From Clostridia bacterium DTU065 (lineage in GTDB: Bacteria > Bacillota > DTU065): a stretch of DNA of 64,000 nt. Positions 9,760 to 19,852 of the stretch are shown here, in pieces; positions within the stretch are counted from its first letter, which is position 1, and the number at the start of each line of letters is the position of its first letter. The stretch is taken from positions 42,522 to 106,521 of the forward strand of contig LFSI01000084.1 in the NCBI GenBank assembly GCA_001512545.1, given 5' to 3'. The translations under genes were made by a program, and so were the position numbers. The notes beneath the pieces were generated by a model, which was not told the DNA's origin, ran no database searches, and saw nothing but the letters and a program-made list of their open reading frames with translations.

Positions 9760-10615
9760 GAAGAAGTGCCGGATGAATCAGCGCTTGATACTCGCCTCGT
9801 TGGCTGAGGGAGCCCGTTTCCAAACCGATGATCACTCCTGGAAGCCTAACTTGTTTGCCTTTATGCTTCAGGTAAACAGAATCAGGCCTGAGTCCCACCA
9901 AAACACCGCTGTCCCGACCTACCGATTTAAACGGAATAAGGACCAAGCGCTTGTTCCAACCTTCTGCGCTGTCCGGATCACCGCCAATTGGCGTCATCTG
10001 CTCTATAGACTGCATGATCTCTGCAGGAACTAGGTTCTTCATCACATCTTTCTCAACGATTACCACTCGTTTGCCACTAACCGGCTCCACAAGTTCGTTA
10101 CCGCTGTCGATGAGAGCTCTGAGTGCCTGCTTCTGCCCATTAATCTCCACAACCAAAGCAATCTGACCGAAACTCTCCCAAAAGCGTTCGTGAAGGAGTC
10201 CCCAACCGATCTCGGCGATGAGGAGCACTGCCACGTGTGGGCCTAAAAGCACCCACACCCGCGCTACATTCATAGACTGCAGCCAGTAGCCGATGCCTCC
10301 TGCGATCAGAGCTAGAAGGTAGACCATAGGCAAAACAGCTTTTAGGTCTCTTTTGTTGAAAGCAAGGAGCACCATAAATGCTGGCATCAAAAGCGACGAG
10401 ACGATCAGAAGCCACGGCGGCAGAGAAAAACCACCTTTGGTTAAAAGCAAAAATGCCAAGTAGTACAGACTGCCTAAAGCGGCGCCTAAAAAAAGCCCAC
10501 CTCGACGCGCTTCTCGATTGGCTATCTCTCCTCCAGCCCAGAGGATCAGATAGTCTCTCCAAAATTCAGCGGCCAGGCAGGCTATTAGTAAGTCGACATA
10601 GACAACAACGGACAT
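9722..10615 (-). CDS. spoIIGA: Sigma-E processing peptidase SpoIIGA
   Basis: Polytopic N-terminus ([22 protein letters not shown]...) with a C-terminal aspartic-protease-like domain. Its position between ftsZ and sigE matches the canonical order. The start is probably the second ATG (10615), preceded by GGAAGGTGG. The tracked ORF begins at 10636. Confidence 0.75.
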   Translation of the reverse strand: MSVVVYVDLLIACLAAEFWRDYLILWAGGEIANREARRGGLFLGAALGSLYYLAFLLLTKGGFSLPPWLLIVSSLLMPAFMVLLAFNKRDLKAVLPMVYLLALIAGGIGYWLQSMNVARVWVLLGPHVAVLLIAEIGWGLLHERFWESFGQIALVVEINGQKQALRALIDSGNELVEPVSGKRVVIVEKDVMKNLVPAEIMQSIEQMTPIGGDPDSAEGWNKRLVLIPFKSVGRDSGVLVGLRPDSVYLKHKGKQVRLPGVIIGLETGSLSQRGEYQALIHPALLLANSGGEQREMA

Positions 10616-10685
10616 ACCCTGCCACCTTCCCTTCATTACCTAATAATTACTTGAGAAGGCAGAATTTCCTGCAAAAAGGAAATGT

Positions 10686-11774
10686 TTAGCTTCTGGGTTT
10701 CCTTAAAAAGATCGGTATGTCGATATCGTGACCTGTGGAAAAGGGTTTAATCTCTTCTTTTGTTGCAGCAGCTTCATCTGCACCTTTTTCTCCTTTAACA
10801 TCAAAGCCGGTGGCGATAACGGTAATGCGAACCTCATCCTCGAGTTTCTCATCGATCACGGCACCAAAGATGATGTTGGCATCGGGATCGGCAGACTCGG
10901 AGATGATCTTTGCAGCTTCAGTGATCTCCAACAGGCGAATGTCGGAAGAACCAGTTATGCTGAGAAGGATGCCCTTTGCGCCCATAATGCTTGTTTCCAA
11001 AAGGGGCGAAGAAATCGCCTGCTCTGCAGCGTTGAGCGCTCTGTCGTCGCCTTTGGCGGTACCGATACCCATAATAGCGGTTCCTGCAGACGACATAATC
11101 GCCTTGACGTCGGCAAAATCCAAATTGATGATTCCCGGAACAGCGATCAAGTCGGAAATGCCCTGCACGCCCTGGCGAAGGACGTCATCGGCGATTTTAA
11201 ACGCATCGATAAGGGTTGTGTTCTTCTCTGCGATGTTCAGCAACTTGTCGTTAGGTATAACGATCAGGGTATCGACCTTATCCTTGAGGCAGGCAAGGCC
11301 GGCTTCCGCTTGTATCATCCTCTTTTTGCCTTCGAAGAAAAACGGCTTGGTAACAACGCCAACGGTAAGAGCTCCTGCTTCCCGGGCGATTTCAGCAACA
11401 ACGGGAGCAGCACCTGTTCCAGTACCTCCGCCCATACCAGCTGCAATAAACACCATATCGGAGCCGCTAACCAGGCTGAGGATCTCTTCGCGGGACTCTT
11501 CGGCGGCCTTTTTACCGACTTCCGGATTGGAGCCAGCGCCAAGACCTCTGGTGAGCTTTTCTCCGAGCTGCAGCTTAGTGTCGGCCTTTGACAGAGTCAA
11601 AGCCTGGGCATCGGTGTTCATGGCAATGAACTCCACACCCTTAACTTGTGCCTCGATCATGCGGTTTACCGCGTTGCTGCCGCCGCCACCAATACCTATT
11701 ACTTTAATGCTCCCGATCTGAGGTCTGTCCATATCAAACTCCAGCATATGTTCCCCTCCTACCTTAAAGGCCAC
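10686..11774 (-). CDS. ftsZ: Cell division GTPase FtsZ
   Basis: [19 protein letters not shown] and the tubulin signature [16 protein letters not shown] are present. The true start may be the internal MLEFD at 11747. Confidence 0.95.
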   Translation of the reverse strand: MAFKVGGEHMLEFDMDRPQIGSIKVIGIGGGGSNAVNRMIEAQVKGVEFIAMNTDAQALTLSKADTKLQLGEKLTRGLGAGSNPEVGKKAAEESREEILSLVSGSDMVFIAAGMGGGTGTGAAPVVAEIAREAGALTVGVVTKPFFFEGKKRMIQAEAGLACLKDKVDTLIVIPNDKLLNIAEKNTTLIDAFKIADDVLRQGVQGISDLIAVPGIINLDFADVKAIMSSAGTAIMGIGTAKGDDRALNAAEQAISSPLLETSIMGAKGILLSITGSSDIRLLEITEAAKIISESADPDANIIFGAVIDEKLEDEVRITVIATGFDVKGEKGADEAAATKEEIKPFSTGHDIDIPIFLRKPRS

Positions 11775-12432
11775 GTGCGTAGCCTTTTTGGCTCAAATCA
11801 ATGTATCTGTGCTTCTGTCCGCGTAATGCGATTTCTTTCAACTTCTGTCGTATAACATCGGGTGATTCCAAATTGGTTCCCAAAAACACTTCGCAACCGT
11901 CGGAAATCTTCAGAGTTAGCTTGCCATCATCGCTGACAATCTCCTCCAAACCCAGGTCCCTTGTGGCTTCAACCAGTTCCAAAAGGTAAATGTACTCGCT
12001 GGGAACGGCTTGTCCCGGCATAAATGGGAAAACCGCAAGCCCGTAAATGGTTGGTAGGACGTTGTCTTCTCCGACGGAAAGAATGGTGCCATCTCTTGAC
12101 ACCTGAATCAGGGTACCTGACAGATCGAAGTTTGCTGCAGGCTTCCTTTCCTCAATAGTGACCCTAAGACTGGAAAGCCCTACCACTTCGATGCTTGCTT
12201 TTTTAATGAAGCTGTCTTGGGCTATACGATCTTCCAGCTCTTTAAGATCCAACCACAGAAGGTTTGGCTGGCCAATGACCCTTCTGATACTACCTTCATT
12301 GGCCAGTACAGCGCCAACTACGGTGACCTCTTTAACCCTGAAAACCTGGGTGACTAGCAAAAAACCAGACAATGCCAAGAGGAGAAAGATCAAGCAGCGT
12401 CTCTTCTGCTTCATAGAAGATGGCCTCCTCAA
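11764..12432 (-). CDS. ftsQ: Cell division protein FtsQ/DivIB (POTRA domain)
   Basis: 222 aa with a basic N-terminus, a single TM segment ([15 protein letters not shown]) and a POTRA-like VKEVTVVG block. It overlaps the ftsZ start by 11 nt with no ftsA between them. Confidence 0.7.
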   Translation of the reverse strand: MRRPSSMKQKRRCLIFLLLALSGFLLVTQVFRVKEVTVVGAVLANEGSIRRVIGQPNLLWLDLKELEDRIAQDSFIKKASIEVVGLSSLRVTIEERKPAANFDLSGTLIQVSRDGTILSVGEDNVLPTIYGLAVFPFMPGQAVPSEYIYLLELVEATRDLGLEEIVSDDGKLTLKISDGCEVFLGTNLESPDVIRQKLKEIALRGQKHRYIDLSQKGYARGL

Positions 12433-12488
12433 ACTACTCTTAAGACCATACTTCTGTTATTGTTTGGCATTTCCTGCTTCAGCCCCTG

Positions 12489-13760
12489 CTAATTGTACCG
12501 CTCCACCAGTGCCCCTAGAGACAAAAGCTTCTCCGTGAGGTTTTCGTAGCCCCTGTCCAGATGTTCCAACTTCTGCACTGTAGAGTCGCCTGAGGCTGCC
12601 AGAGCTGCTACCACAAGGGCAGCACCCCCCCGAAGATCCGTTGCTTCTACTTTGGCCCCTTTGAGTTTCGGAACGCCTTTAACGATGGCGCACTCTCCTT
12701 CAACAGAGATGTTTGCACCGAGTCTGATGAGCTCGTGAACGTACTTGAACCTGTCGGGAAAAACTGTTTCAGTGATTAAACTGGTGCCATCTGCTAGTGC
12801 AAGCAGAGCGGTCATCTGCGGATGCAAGTCGGTGGGAAAACCTGGGTACGGCATGGTTCGAATTCTCAGCGGCGTGAACCTTGCTTTCGGTCCTTTTGCC
12901 ACCTCGATGAAGTTGGGCCCGATGTTTAAGTTTACTCCTGCCTCGTGGAGTTTGTAAAGTAGAGCTTCATTGTGGTCCGCTCTTGCTCCGTAGACCTTCA
13001 CGTTGCCACCGGTAATCGCGCCGGCTATGAGGAAGGTTCCCGCTTCAATCCGATCGGGGATAACCGTGTAGTCGGCGCCTTTCAGTTGCCCGAACTCCAC
13101 GCCCTCCACCACAATAGTGTCGGTGCCGGCTCCGTGCACGTTTGCGCCAAGGGTGTTCAAGAACCGCTGTAGTTCCACAACCTCCGGTTCTCTGGCTACG
13201 TTTTCAATGATGGTTCTACCTTCGGCAAGAACAGCGGCCATCATGAGGTTTTCGGTGGCGCCCACAGAAGGAAAGTCCAGGTAGATTCTGGCACCTTTAA
13301 GGCGCCCGTCGCTGTAGAGATAGAGTACGCCTCCCTGTTCCTTTTCGATAGACGCGCCAAGAGCCTCCAGTCCTTTTAAATGCAGATCGATAGGCCGTGG
13401 TCCAATGGCACAGCCACCTGGATAGAAGACATGGGCTTTGTGTGAGCGGGCAAGGAGCGGTCCTAGTATGAGTATTGAAGCCCGCATCTCGCGCATGAGC
13501 CGTTCTGAACCGTAGGTGCTTATCCCGTTGGGATTGTGCAGGTATAAAGTTCCAGGTTCCAGCCACTTGGCATTTGTCCCCAGATCAACCAAGAGCTCTA
13601 GCATTCGCTGTACATCGATCAAGTTGGGGACGTTCCGCAGAATGCAGGGCTCTTTTGTGAGAATGCTTGCGGCCATCATTTTCAGTACCGAGTTTTTTGC
13701 TCCAGAAACCCGTACGCTACCGTTGAGCGGCTTTCCACCGTAGATCAAAAGATCTGACAA
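12489..13760 (-). CDS. murA: UDP-N-acetylglucosamine 1-carboxyvinyltransferase (MurA)
   Basis: LLIYGGKPLNGSVRVSGAKNSVLKMMAASIL aligns with the MurA N-terminus. The likely start is the TTG at 13760, preceded by GAAGGTGAGG. The tracked ORF extends to 13790. Confidence 0.88.
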   Translation of the reverse strand: MSDLLIYGGKPLNGSVRVSGAKNSVLKMMAASILTKEPCILRNVPNLIDVQRMLELLVDLGTNAKWLEPGTLYLHNPNGISTYGSERLMREMRASILILGPLLARSHKAHVFYPGGCAIGPRPIDLHLKGLEALGASIEKEQGGVLYLYSDGRLKGARIYLDFPSVGATENLMMAAVLAEGRTIIENVAREPEVVELQRFLNTLGANVHGAGTDTIVVEGVEFGQLKGADYTVIPDRIEAGTFLIAGAITGGNVKVYGARADHNEALLYKLHEAGVNLNIGPNFIEVAKGPKARFTPLRIRTMPYPGFPTDLHPQMTALLALADGTSLITETVFPDRFKYVHELIRLGANISVEGECAIVKGVPKLKGAKVEATDLRGGAALVVAALAASGDSTVQKLEHLDRGYENLTEKLLSLGALVERYN

Positions 13761-13822
13761 ACAAATCAACCTCACCTTCAAAGGCTTCACTTCAGACTAT
13801 GAGCGAAGTCCTTATCTGGTGA

Positions 13823-14926
13823 TTAGGCGAGCGACATAATCTCCCTGACGATCGCCTCGGTGGCGGTGGGATTTCCCAACGTCTTGGCACGCTCTGCCAT
13901 TTTTTTCCTCCGAGAAGGATCATCCAGCAGAGCTAGCAGCTTGTCTTCCAGACTCGAAATCTCCGCTTCGGGGATGAGTAAGCCCGCACCGTTTTCCTCC
14001 CAAACCCTGGCATTGTAGGTTTGGTGATTCTCTGCAGCATGCGGGAACGGAATCATAATTAGAGGCACTCCCAGGACTGCAGCTTCGCTTAAAAAGATTG
14101 CCCCAGCTCTCGAAACCACCAGATCGCTTGCGGCTAAAAACGTGGCCATCCCTTTGATAAAGGGAGTGATGAAGATGTTTTCTGCCACGGCTTTTGCGCC
14201 CTGGCCCAGTTCACTTTGGAGGACCGGATAAGCGGTAGGCCCGCTTTTTACATCAGGGTAGTCCAGCCAACCGGTGTGGTGAACTACCACCAGGTCCTTC
14301 TTCTTTTTGAGCTTGGGGTACAAAGCGCGCACTGCCTCGTTGATGGCCTGAGAACCCTGAGAGCCGCCTGTTACAAGAAGCAGCGTCTTTTTTTCTAGTT
14401 GAAGCCTGCGTCTGGCTTCTTTTCGATCGGCGTCCACTATTTCTCTGCGTACTGGGTTGCCGGTAAACATGCACTTGTGTTTTGGCAGGTACTTTTCGGC
14501 ACCTTTGCTCCCCAGAAAAATCGCTCGTGCTTTTTTGGCCAGGAGCCTGACGGTCACACCGGGATAGGAGTTCTGTTCCTGGAGAAAGAGAGGGATCTTC
14601 AAACCAGCTGCCGCCTGCCCCACTGGGCCGGAGACATACCCTCCGGTTGCTACCACAACGTCGGGCTTAAACTCTCGCAAAATCGCCCTGCACCTTTTCG
14701 TTGCCGTCAAGGCCTTCAGCGCGATTGCAACGTTTTTGATCGACAGCTTCCTTTTGAATCCCTCGACATCTATCAGTTTGTACTTAAATCCGGAGTCAGG
14801 CAGGATGTCTTTTTCGATGCCTTTTTCCCCACCGATGTACAGAATCTCGGCGTCTAAAGCGTTGGCAATGGCCAAAGCCGGAAAGATGTGGCCACCTGTT
14901 CCACCTCCGGTTACAACTACTCTCAT
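13823..14926 (-). CDS. murG: UDP-GlcNAc:lipid I transferase MurG
   Basis: MRVVVTGGGTGGHIFPALAIANAL at the N-terminus (G-loop), 367 aa. Confidence 0.9.
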   Translation of the reverse strand: MRVVVTGGGTGGHIFPALAIANALDAEILYIGGEKGIEKDILPDSGFKYKLIDVEGFKRKLSIKNVAIALKALTATKRCRAILREFKPDVVVATGGYVSGPVGQAAAGLKIPLFLQEQNSYPGVTVRLLAKKARAIFLGSKGAEKYLPKHKCMFTGNPVRREIVDADRKEARRRLQLEKKTLLLVTGGSQGSQAINEAVRALYPKLKKKKDLVVVHHTGWLDYPDVKSGPTAYPVLQSELGQGAKAVAENIFITPFIKGMATFLAASDLVVSRAGAIFLSEAAVLGVPLIMIPFPHAAENHQTYNARVWEENGAGLLIPEAEISSLEDKLLALLDDPSRRKKMAERAKTLGNPTATEAIVREIMSLA

Positions 14927-14959
14927 TTGATCATCTCCATCTGAACGTCTTTGTTCTGC

Positions 14960-16045
14960 CTACTCCACATACCGTGAAACGTTCAACAACAGACCAACAC
15001 TGGTTAGGGTAATGAGAAGAGACGATCCGCCTGCACTGAAAAACGGCAGAGTCAGACCCGTTACAGGCAGGACACCTGTAACAACACCCATGTTTAAAAA
15101 AGCCTGAAAGGCAATCTGCATGGTCAGACCCACCGCAAGAAAGCTGTGGAACGAGTCTTTTGATTTGATGGCAATTCTCAGCCCTCTCCAGGCATAGATG
15201 CCAAAAAGGAGAACCACGAAAAACGTGCCAATAAACCCGAGTTCTTCACCGACAATAGGAAAAATGAAGTCCGTGTGGTTTTCGGGAAGGTAAAGGTACT
15301 TCTGTTTGGACTGACCCAGTCCCACTCCTACAATGCCGCCGGAGCCGAAAGCAAAGATCGATTGAATAAGCTGATAGCCGTCTCCTAGCGGATCGTTTTC
15401 ATAGTTGAGAAAGGTCATAAGGCGCTTCATGCGGTACGGTTCGATTACTGCAAGCCCAATTACCCCAAGGATCCCCAGCACTACCAGGAGCCACAAGTGA
15501 CTGCTTTTGGCACCTGCAGCCATCAGCATGAAGTAGCATGTAGCCATGGCTGCTACCGTAGTGCCCAGATCTGGTCCCAACACGATCAAAATCCCGACAA
15601 TGGCCATTGTAATGAGGGCAATGCCGATGCCCTTGACGGTCCTGATCTTCTCCTTAACCTTGCTCAAATAATCTGCAAGAAAAATAACCAGAGCCAGCTT
15701 TGCGACTTCCGACGGTTGGAGGGTACCGATGCCTAGATCGATCCATCTTCGAGAGCCCTTGGTTACTTCGCCGACAAACAAAACTAAGACCAACAGGGCT
15801 ACCGCAACAGCGTAGATCAACCAGCTCATTTTCCTCAGTTTATCCAGGGGGAAAAACAGGGCGACAACTGCTGCAACCAACCCTACGACTGCAAACAGAC
15901 ACTGTCTGAAAAAAATCGCGTAGGGGTTGCCGTAGTCTTGATAGGAGATTACCGAGCTTGCACTGAGCAGCGAAATCAGACCTATGATCAGAAGCAAACT
16001 TGCGGTAAGCAGCAGCCAGAGGTCGATTTGTCCCTTGCGCTGCAT
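14960..16045 (-). CDS. ftsW: SEDS-family glycosyltransferase FtsW/SpoVE
   Basis: 361 aa and about 10 TM helices. FtsW/RodA-type loops are present (PSEVAKLALVIFLADYL; LPENHTDFIF). It sits in the dcw cluster. Confidence 0.85.
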   Translation of the reverse strand: MQRKGQIDLWLLLTASLLLIIGLISLLSASSVISYQDYGNPYAIFFRQCLFAVVGLVAAVVALFFPLDKLRKMSWLIYAVAVALLVLVLFVGEVTKGSRRWIDLGIGTLQPSEVAKLALVIFLADYLSKVKEKIRTVKGIGIALITMAIVGILIVLGPDLGTTVAAMATCYFMLMAAGAKSSHLWLLVVLGILGVIGLAVIEPYRMKRLMTFLNYENDPLGDGYQLIQSIFAFGSGGIVGVGLGQSKQKYLYLPENHTDFIFPIVGEELGFIGTFFVVLLFGIYAWRGLRIAIKSKDSFHSFLAVGLTMQIAFQAFLNMGVVTGVLPVTGLTLPFFSAGGSSLLITLTSVGLLLNVSRYVE

Positions 16046-16061
16046 TCACCTCACCTCTCTA

Positions 16062-17024
16062 TTACCAAATCCTAATGATAAGGACTGTACCAATAGCGGC
16101 GAACACCGCTGCCGCCAAGTAAAAGGTTCCCACAACCTTGGTTTCATGCCACCCTAGAAGTTCGAAGTGGTGGTGGATCGGGGCCATTTTGAAGACCCGC
16201 TTTCCGGTTTTTTTGAAAACCGTAACTTGAATGATATCTGAAAGCACTTCGATTACAAAAAGCCCCCCAATTATTGCCAGGAAAAACTCTGTGCCTGTCA
16301 GTACGCTGATCGCTCCCAAAGCCGCACCAAGAGCCAGCGATCCGGTATCGCCCATGAAAATCTTCGCCGGGTGTCTGTTGAAGTAGAGAAATCCCAAGAG
16401 GCTTCCTACAAGCGCCACCGCAAAGGTCAAAAGACCGATCCTGCCGGATCTGTAGCACATGAGGACAAACGGTAAAAGCGCAATGACAACTGTCCCAGAG
16501 GCCAGACCATCCAACCCATCGGTGAGGTTCACGGCGTTGGTCACCGCTACCAAAACAAAGGCAGCGAAGGGAACAAACAGCCAGACTGGAAGCTCCCATG
16601 CTCCTCCGAAAGGCCAGTAGACAAGGGTGCCTATGCCCGGTTTGTATGCTGCCCAAAGGCCGATAAGAAGCCCGAGCACGATTTGGAAAAACAGCTTGTA
16701 GCGTGCTTTTAGCCCTAATGTGCGCTTCTTCTTAACGATGATGTAGTCATCCAAAAAGCCAATCAAGCCGTAGCCAAGAAACACAGCCAGGCTGATCAGG
16801 GCTTCGTCAGATGAGCGAGCGAAGATAAGCGTTGCGATAGTCGTTCCGGTAATGAACAATAGTCCGCCCATAGTCGGGACGCCGCTTTTTTTTAGGTGGG
16901 TCTTTGGCCCATCGCTGCGCACGGTCTGCCCGTACTTAAGTTTATGCAGGCTGCCGATGAGTTTAGGCCCGATAAGCAAAACGATGATAAGAGAAAGTAT
17001 TCCCGCAAATATTGGATTAGTCAT
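16062..17024 (-). CDS. mraY: Phospho-N-acetylmuramoyl-pentapeptide transferase MraY
   Basis: 320 aa polytopic protein with the MraY motifs NAVNLTDGLDGLA and HHHFEL. Confidence 0.9.
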   Translation of the reverse strand: MTNPIFAGILSLIIVLLIGPKLIGSLHKLKYGQTVRSDGPKTHLKKSGVPTMGGLLFITGTTIATLIFARSSDEALISLAVFLGYGLIGFLDDYIIVKKKRTLGLKARYKLFFQIVLGLLIGLWAAYKPGIGTLVYWPFGGAWELPVWLFVPFAAFVLVAVTNAVNLTDGLDGLASGTVVIALLPFVLMCYRSGRIGLLTFAVALVGSLLGFLYFNRHPAKIFMGDTGSLALGAALGAISVLTGTEFFLAIIGGLFVIEVLSDIIQVTVFKKTGKRVFKMAPIHHHFELLGWHETKVVGTFYLAAAVFAAIGTVLIIRIW

Positions 17025-17054
17025 AGAATGCTCCTACTTGGGAGGCTGCCTCCT

Positions 17055-18422
17055 TCAACTGTTCTTCTCGGCTGCAAACTCCTTAAGGTAAGCCAGTACC
17101 CTTTCCATTTCCATGGAACGGGAGCCTTTAAGGAGCACGATTCCTGTCAGATCTTTCAAATTCTCCGCGATCTCAGCGTGGGTGGAAAATGCTTCTGCGC
17201 TCAGTCCAAGCCTTCTTGCTTCGCTTAGAGCATACTGCTCCATGAGGGAGCCGTAAAGATACAAACCATCTAAGTTCAACTCTGCGCAGAGGGCGCCAAT
17301 GGTGCGGTGGTACTCCGCTGCTTCGCTTCCGAGTTCCTTCATGTCGCCGAGGGCTGCATAAGCCTTCAGGCCCAATGCGTCCGATCGCCGCCTGAGATGC
17401 TCAAGTGCCGCCTTCATGGAAAGAGGACTGGCATTGTAGGTGTCGTCGATCACAATCAAGTTAAGAACTCGAACCTCCTCCAACCTTCCCGAGACTTGAG
17501 TGAGGTTTTCCAAAGCCCTTTTGATCTTTCCAAGCTCTATACCTGCATAGGCTGCAGCACCAGCTGCAGCCAGAGCGTTTTCCACGTTGTGAGATCCGGG
17601 AAGTGCCAGGGCAATTCTCTCCGACTGCCCCAAAACTTTCAAAGTGAAAGTCGCCCGGTTTTCCTCGTCGAAAACCACATCCTCTGCTTCCACATCTCCA
17701 CCTCTGCCAAAAGCAATTGTGCGAGGACAGAGACTTTTTAAATACTGGTAAAAGTCGCTTTCTTTGGGGATTACACCGAGCCCGTTTTCAGGCAGGTTTT
17801 CCAGAAGCTCGCCTTTGGCCTTTGCGATGTTAGCCCTAGTTCCCAAAAGCTCAAGATGAACTTCACCGATGTTGGTGACGATCCCCACAGAAGGCTTGGC
17901 GATCTTGGCCAGGTAGTCGACTTGCCCGATGCCCCGCATGCCCATCTCCAAGACCGCATACTGATAGGTCTCATCGAGCCTAAAAACTGTTAGGGGCAGG
18001 CCGATTTCGTTGTTGTAGTTGCCTTCGGTGGCAAGGACCTTGCCATCTTCTTCTAAAATTGCCCTCAGCATCTCTTTAGTAGTGGTTTTTCCGTTGCTTC
18101 CGGTCACCGCAAAAACCAGCGGCTGGTAAAGGACCCTGTGGAATCGGGCAATATCGCCAAGGGCTTTGTAAGTATCTTCAACTATAATGCAGCAGGGAAA
18201 GTCAACAGGCCGCTCGGCGATAACCACTCTCGCCTTGATGTTTGGCGTTACGTAGCTGTGTCCGTCGGTCTTTTCACCTTTCAAGGCAACAAAGACTTCG
18301 GTACCGGTAAGCTTTCTGGTGTCAATGGATACGCCCTCGACGACCTGTCCGTTGCTGGAGGCATCTCCATAGAGCTTTCCCGACACTACATCTGTAAGTT
18401 CTTTAACGCTGATTCTTACCAA
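17055..18422 (-). CDS. murF: UDP-MurNAc-tripeptide D-Ala-D-Ala ligase MurF
   Basis: Mur ligase P-loop FAVTGSNGKTTTKEM, 455 aa, positioned between murE and mraY. Confidence 0.85.
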   Translation of the reverse strand: MVRISVKELTDVVSGKLYGDASSNGQVVEGVSIDTRKLTGTEVFVALKGEKTDGHSYVTPNIKARVVIAERPVDFPCCIIVEDTYKALGDIARFHRVLYQPLVFAVTGSNGKTTTKEMLRAILEEDGKVLATEGNYNNEIGLPLTVFRLDETYQYAVLEMGMRGIGQVDYLAKIAKPSVGIVTNIGEVHLELLGTRANIAKAKGELLENLPENGLGVIPKESDFYQYLKSLCPRTIAFGRGGDVEAEDVVFDEENRATFTLKVLGQSERIALALPGSHNVENALAAAGAAAYAGIELGKIKRALENLTQVSGRLEEVRVLNLIVIDDTYNASPLSMKAALEHLRRRSDALGLKAYAALGDMKELGSEAAEYHRTIGALCAELNLDGLYLYGSLMEQYALSEARRLGLSAEAFSTHAEIAENLKDLTGIVLLKGSRSMEMERVLAYLKEFAAEKNS

Positions 18423-19839
18423 GAAAGATCAGCCCCTCTCGTGCAACTTCCCGGTCGTCAAAGTGATGTTTGACCCCGTTTATATCCTGGTAGTCCTCGT
18501 GACCTTTTCCCGCAATCACGACCATGTCGCCTGCTTTGGCCATGCTCAACGCGGTGAGTATGGCTTTTCTGCGGTCCGGTTCTACCTCATATGGCTTGTC
18601 TTTGATGCCGGAGACGATATCGTTAATGATCGCATTGGGGTCTTCTGTTCTGGGATTATCGGAGGTAACGATGATTCTATCGGCCCAGATGCTAGCTTCA
18701 GCACCCATAAGCGGTCTTTTGGTTCGGTCGCGATCGCCTCCGCAGCCAAAGACCACAATCAGGTTTCCCCGCTCTTTGATTTGCCGTCTGGCACTGGAAA
18801 GAACGTTTTTCAGGCCGTCGGGAGTATGAGCATAGTCGACGATGACCGCAAACTCCTGGCCCAAGTCGACTTTTTCAAACCGTCCGGGAACGCCAGGAAA
18901 GCTGGCAAACTTCTCAACAGCTTCGTCTATATCGAACTCCAATCCATGGAGAATGGCCAGCACGCCTAAGGAGTTGTAGACGTTGTAGTCTCCACCAATG
19001 GGCAGCTGGAACTTCCATGTTCTCTCGCCAATCGCCAGGTCGTAGGAGATGCTCGTAGGTGAAGTCTCGATGTTTTTCGCTCTGACTTCTCCAGATCTAA
19101 CGCCGAAATCTACAACTCTCCCCTTGAAGCCCCCCTTCATAAAGGTCGCAGAAGGGTCATCGCTGTTGAAAGCAGCAGCGCTGTCTTCGGACATGGAAAG
19201 GAAGAAAGCCCTTTTGGCTTTAGCGTACTCCTCCATGGTTTTGTGAAAGTCCAAGTGGTCTTGAGTAAGATTGGTAAACACACCGCCTTTGAAGCGGAGA
19301 CCGAGGACTCTGTCTAGCACCACGCTGTGAGAGGATACCTCCATCACTGCATACTCGGCTCCCCTTTCAACCATCTGCGAAAGCAGCTCGTCGATCTCCA
19401 CAACCTCTGGAGTTGTGCGGTCCTGGGGGATCTCGGTGGTGCCAACGATAGTCTTAACAGTGGAAAACATCCCGGTTCTATGTCCCAACACGTGGTGCAG
19501 CATAAAGACCGTGCTGGTTTTGCCGTTTGTACCGGTAACGCCGATAAGGTTCAGCTTGTGGGAAGGATTGTCGTAAAAGCTGTGGCTGAGGGCAGCAAGA
19601 GCCTTACGGCTGCTGGGAACGACGACCTGGTTTGTTAGACCAAGATCCCTTTCAACCACTACAAACCTTGCTCCGCTTGCCAGGGCTTCGGGAACGAATC
19701 TGTGGCCGTCCACTGCAAACCCGGGAATTGCCACAAACACACTTCCGGGAACTACCTTTTTGGAGTTGGAAACTATGCTGGTGATCTGGTTTTTTCTCAC
19801 CAGTTCCAGAAGCTCTGAAAAAGACAAACCTAGCGTCAT
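18403..19839 (-). CDS. murE: UDP-MurNAc-L-Ala-D-Glu:diamino-acid ligase MurE
   Basis: P-loop IGVTGTNGKTSTVFML, 478 aa. The C-terminus carries DNPR (SDNPRTEDP), which in MurE usually indicates meso-DAP specificity. Confidence 0.85.
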   Translation of the reverse strand: MTLGLSFSELLELVRKNQITSIVSNSKKVVPGSVFVAIPGFAVDGHRFVPEALASGARFVVVERDLGLTNQVVVPSSRKALAALSHSFYDNPSHKLNLIGVTGTNGKTSTVFMLHHVLGHRTGMFSTVKTIVGTTEIPQDRTTPEVVEIDELLSQMVERGAEYAVMEVSSHSVVLDRVLGLRFKGGVFTNLTQDHLDFHKTMEEYAKAKRAFFLSMSEDSAAAFNSDDPSATFMKGGFKGRVVDFGVRSGEVRAKNIETSPTSISYDLAIGERTWKFQLPIGGDYNVYNSLGVLAILHGLEFDIDEAVEKFASFPGVPGRFEKVDLGQEFAVIVDYAHTPDGLKNVLSSARRQIKERGNLIVVFGCGGDRDRTKRPLMGAEASIWADRIIVTSDNPRTEDPNAIINDIVSGIKDKPYEVEPDRRKAILTALSMAKAGDMVVIAGKGHEDYQDINGVKHHFDDREVAREGLIFLGKNQR

Positions 19840-19852
19840 GGATATCCTTCCC

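Noticed and set aside
10637-10685. Spo0A-box scan upstream of spoIIGA
   Set aside because: No clear TGTCGAA/TTCGACA 0A box was visible in the short ftsZ-spoIIGA spacer. The promoter call was left unmade.
10728-11721. Two long plus-strand ORFs (287 and 328 aa) across the ftsZ locus
   Set aside because: They are antisense to an unmistakable ftsZ and have Ser/Ala-rich low-complexity translations typical of out-of-frame GC-rich coding DNA. No RBS supports them.
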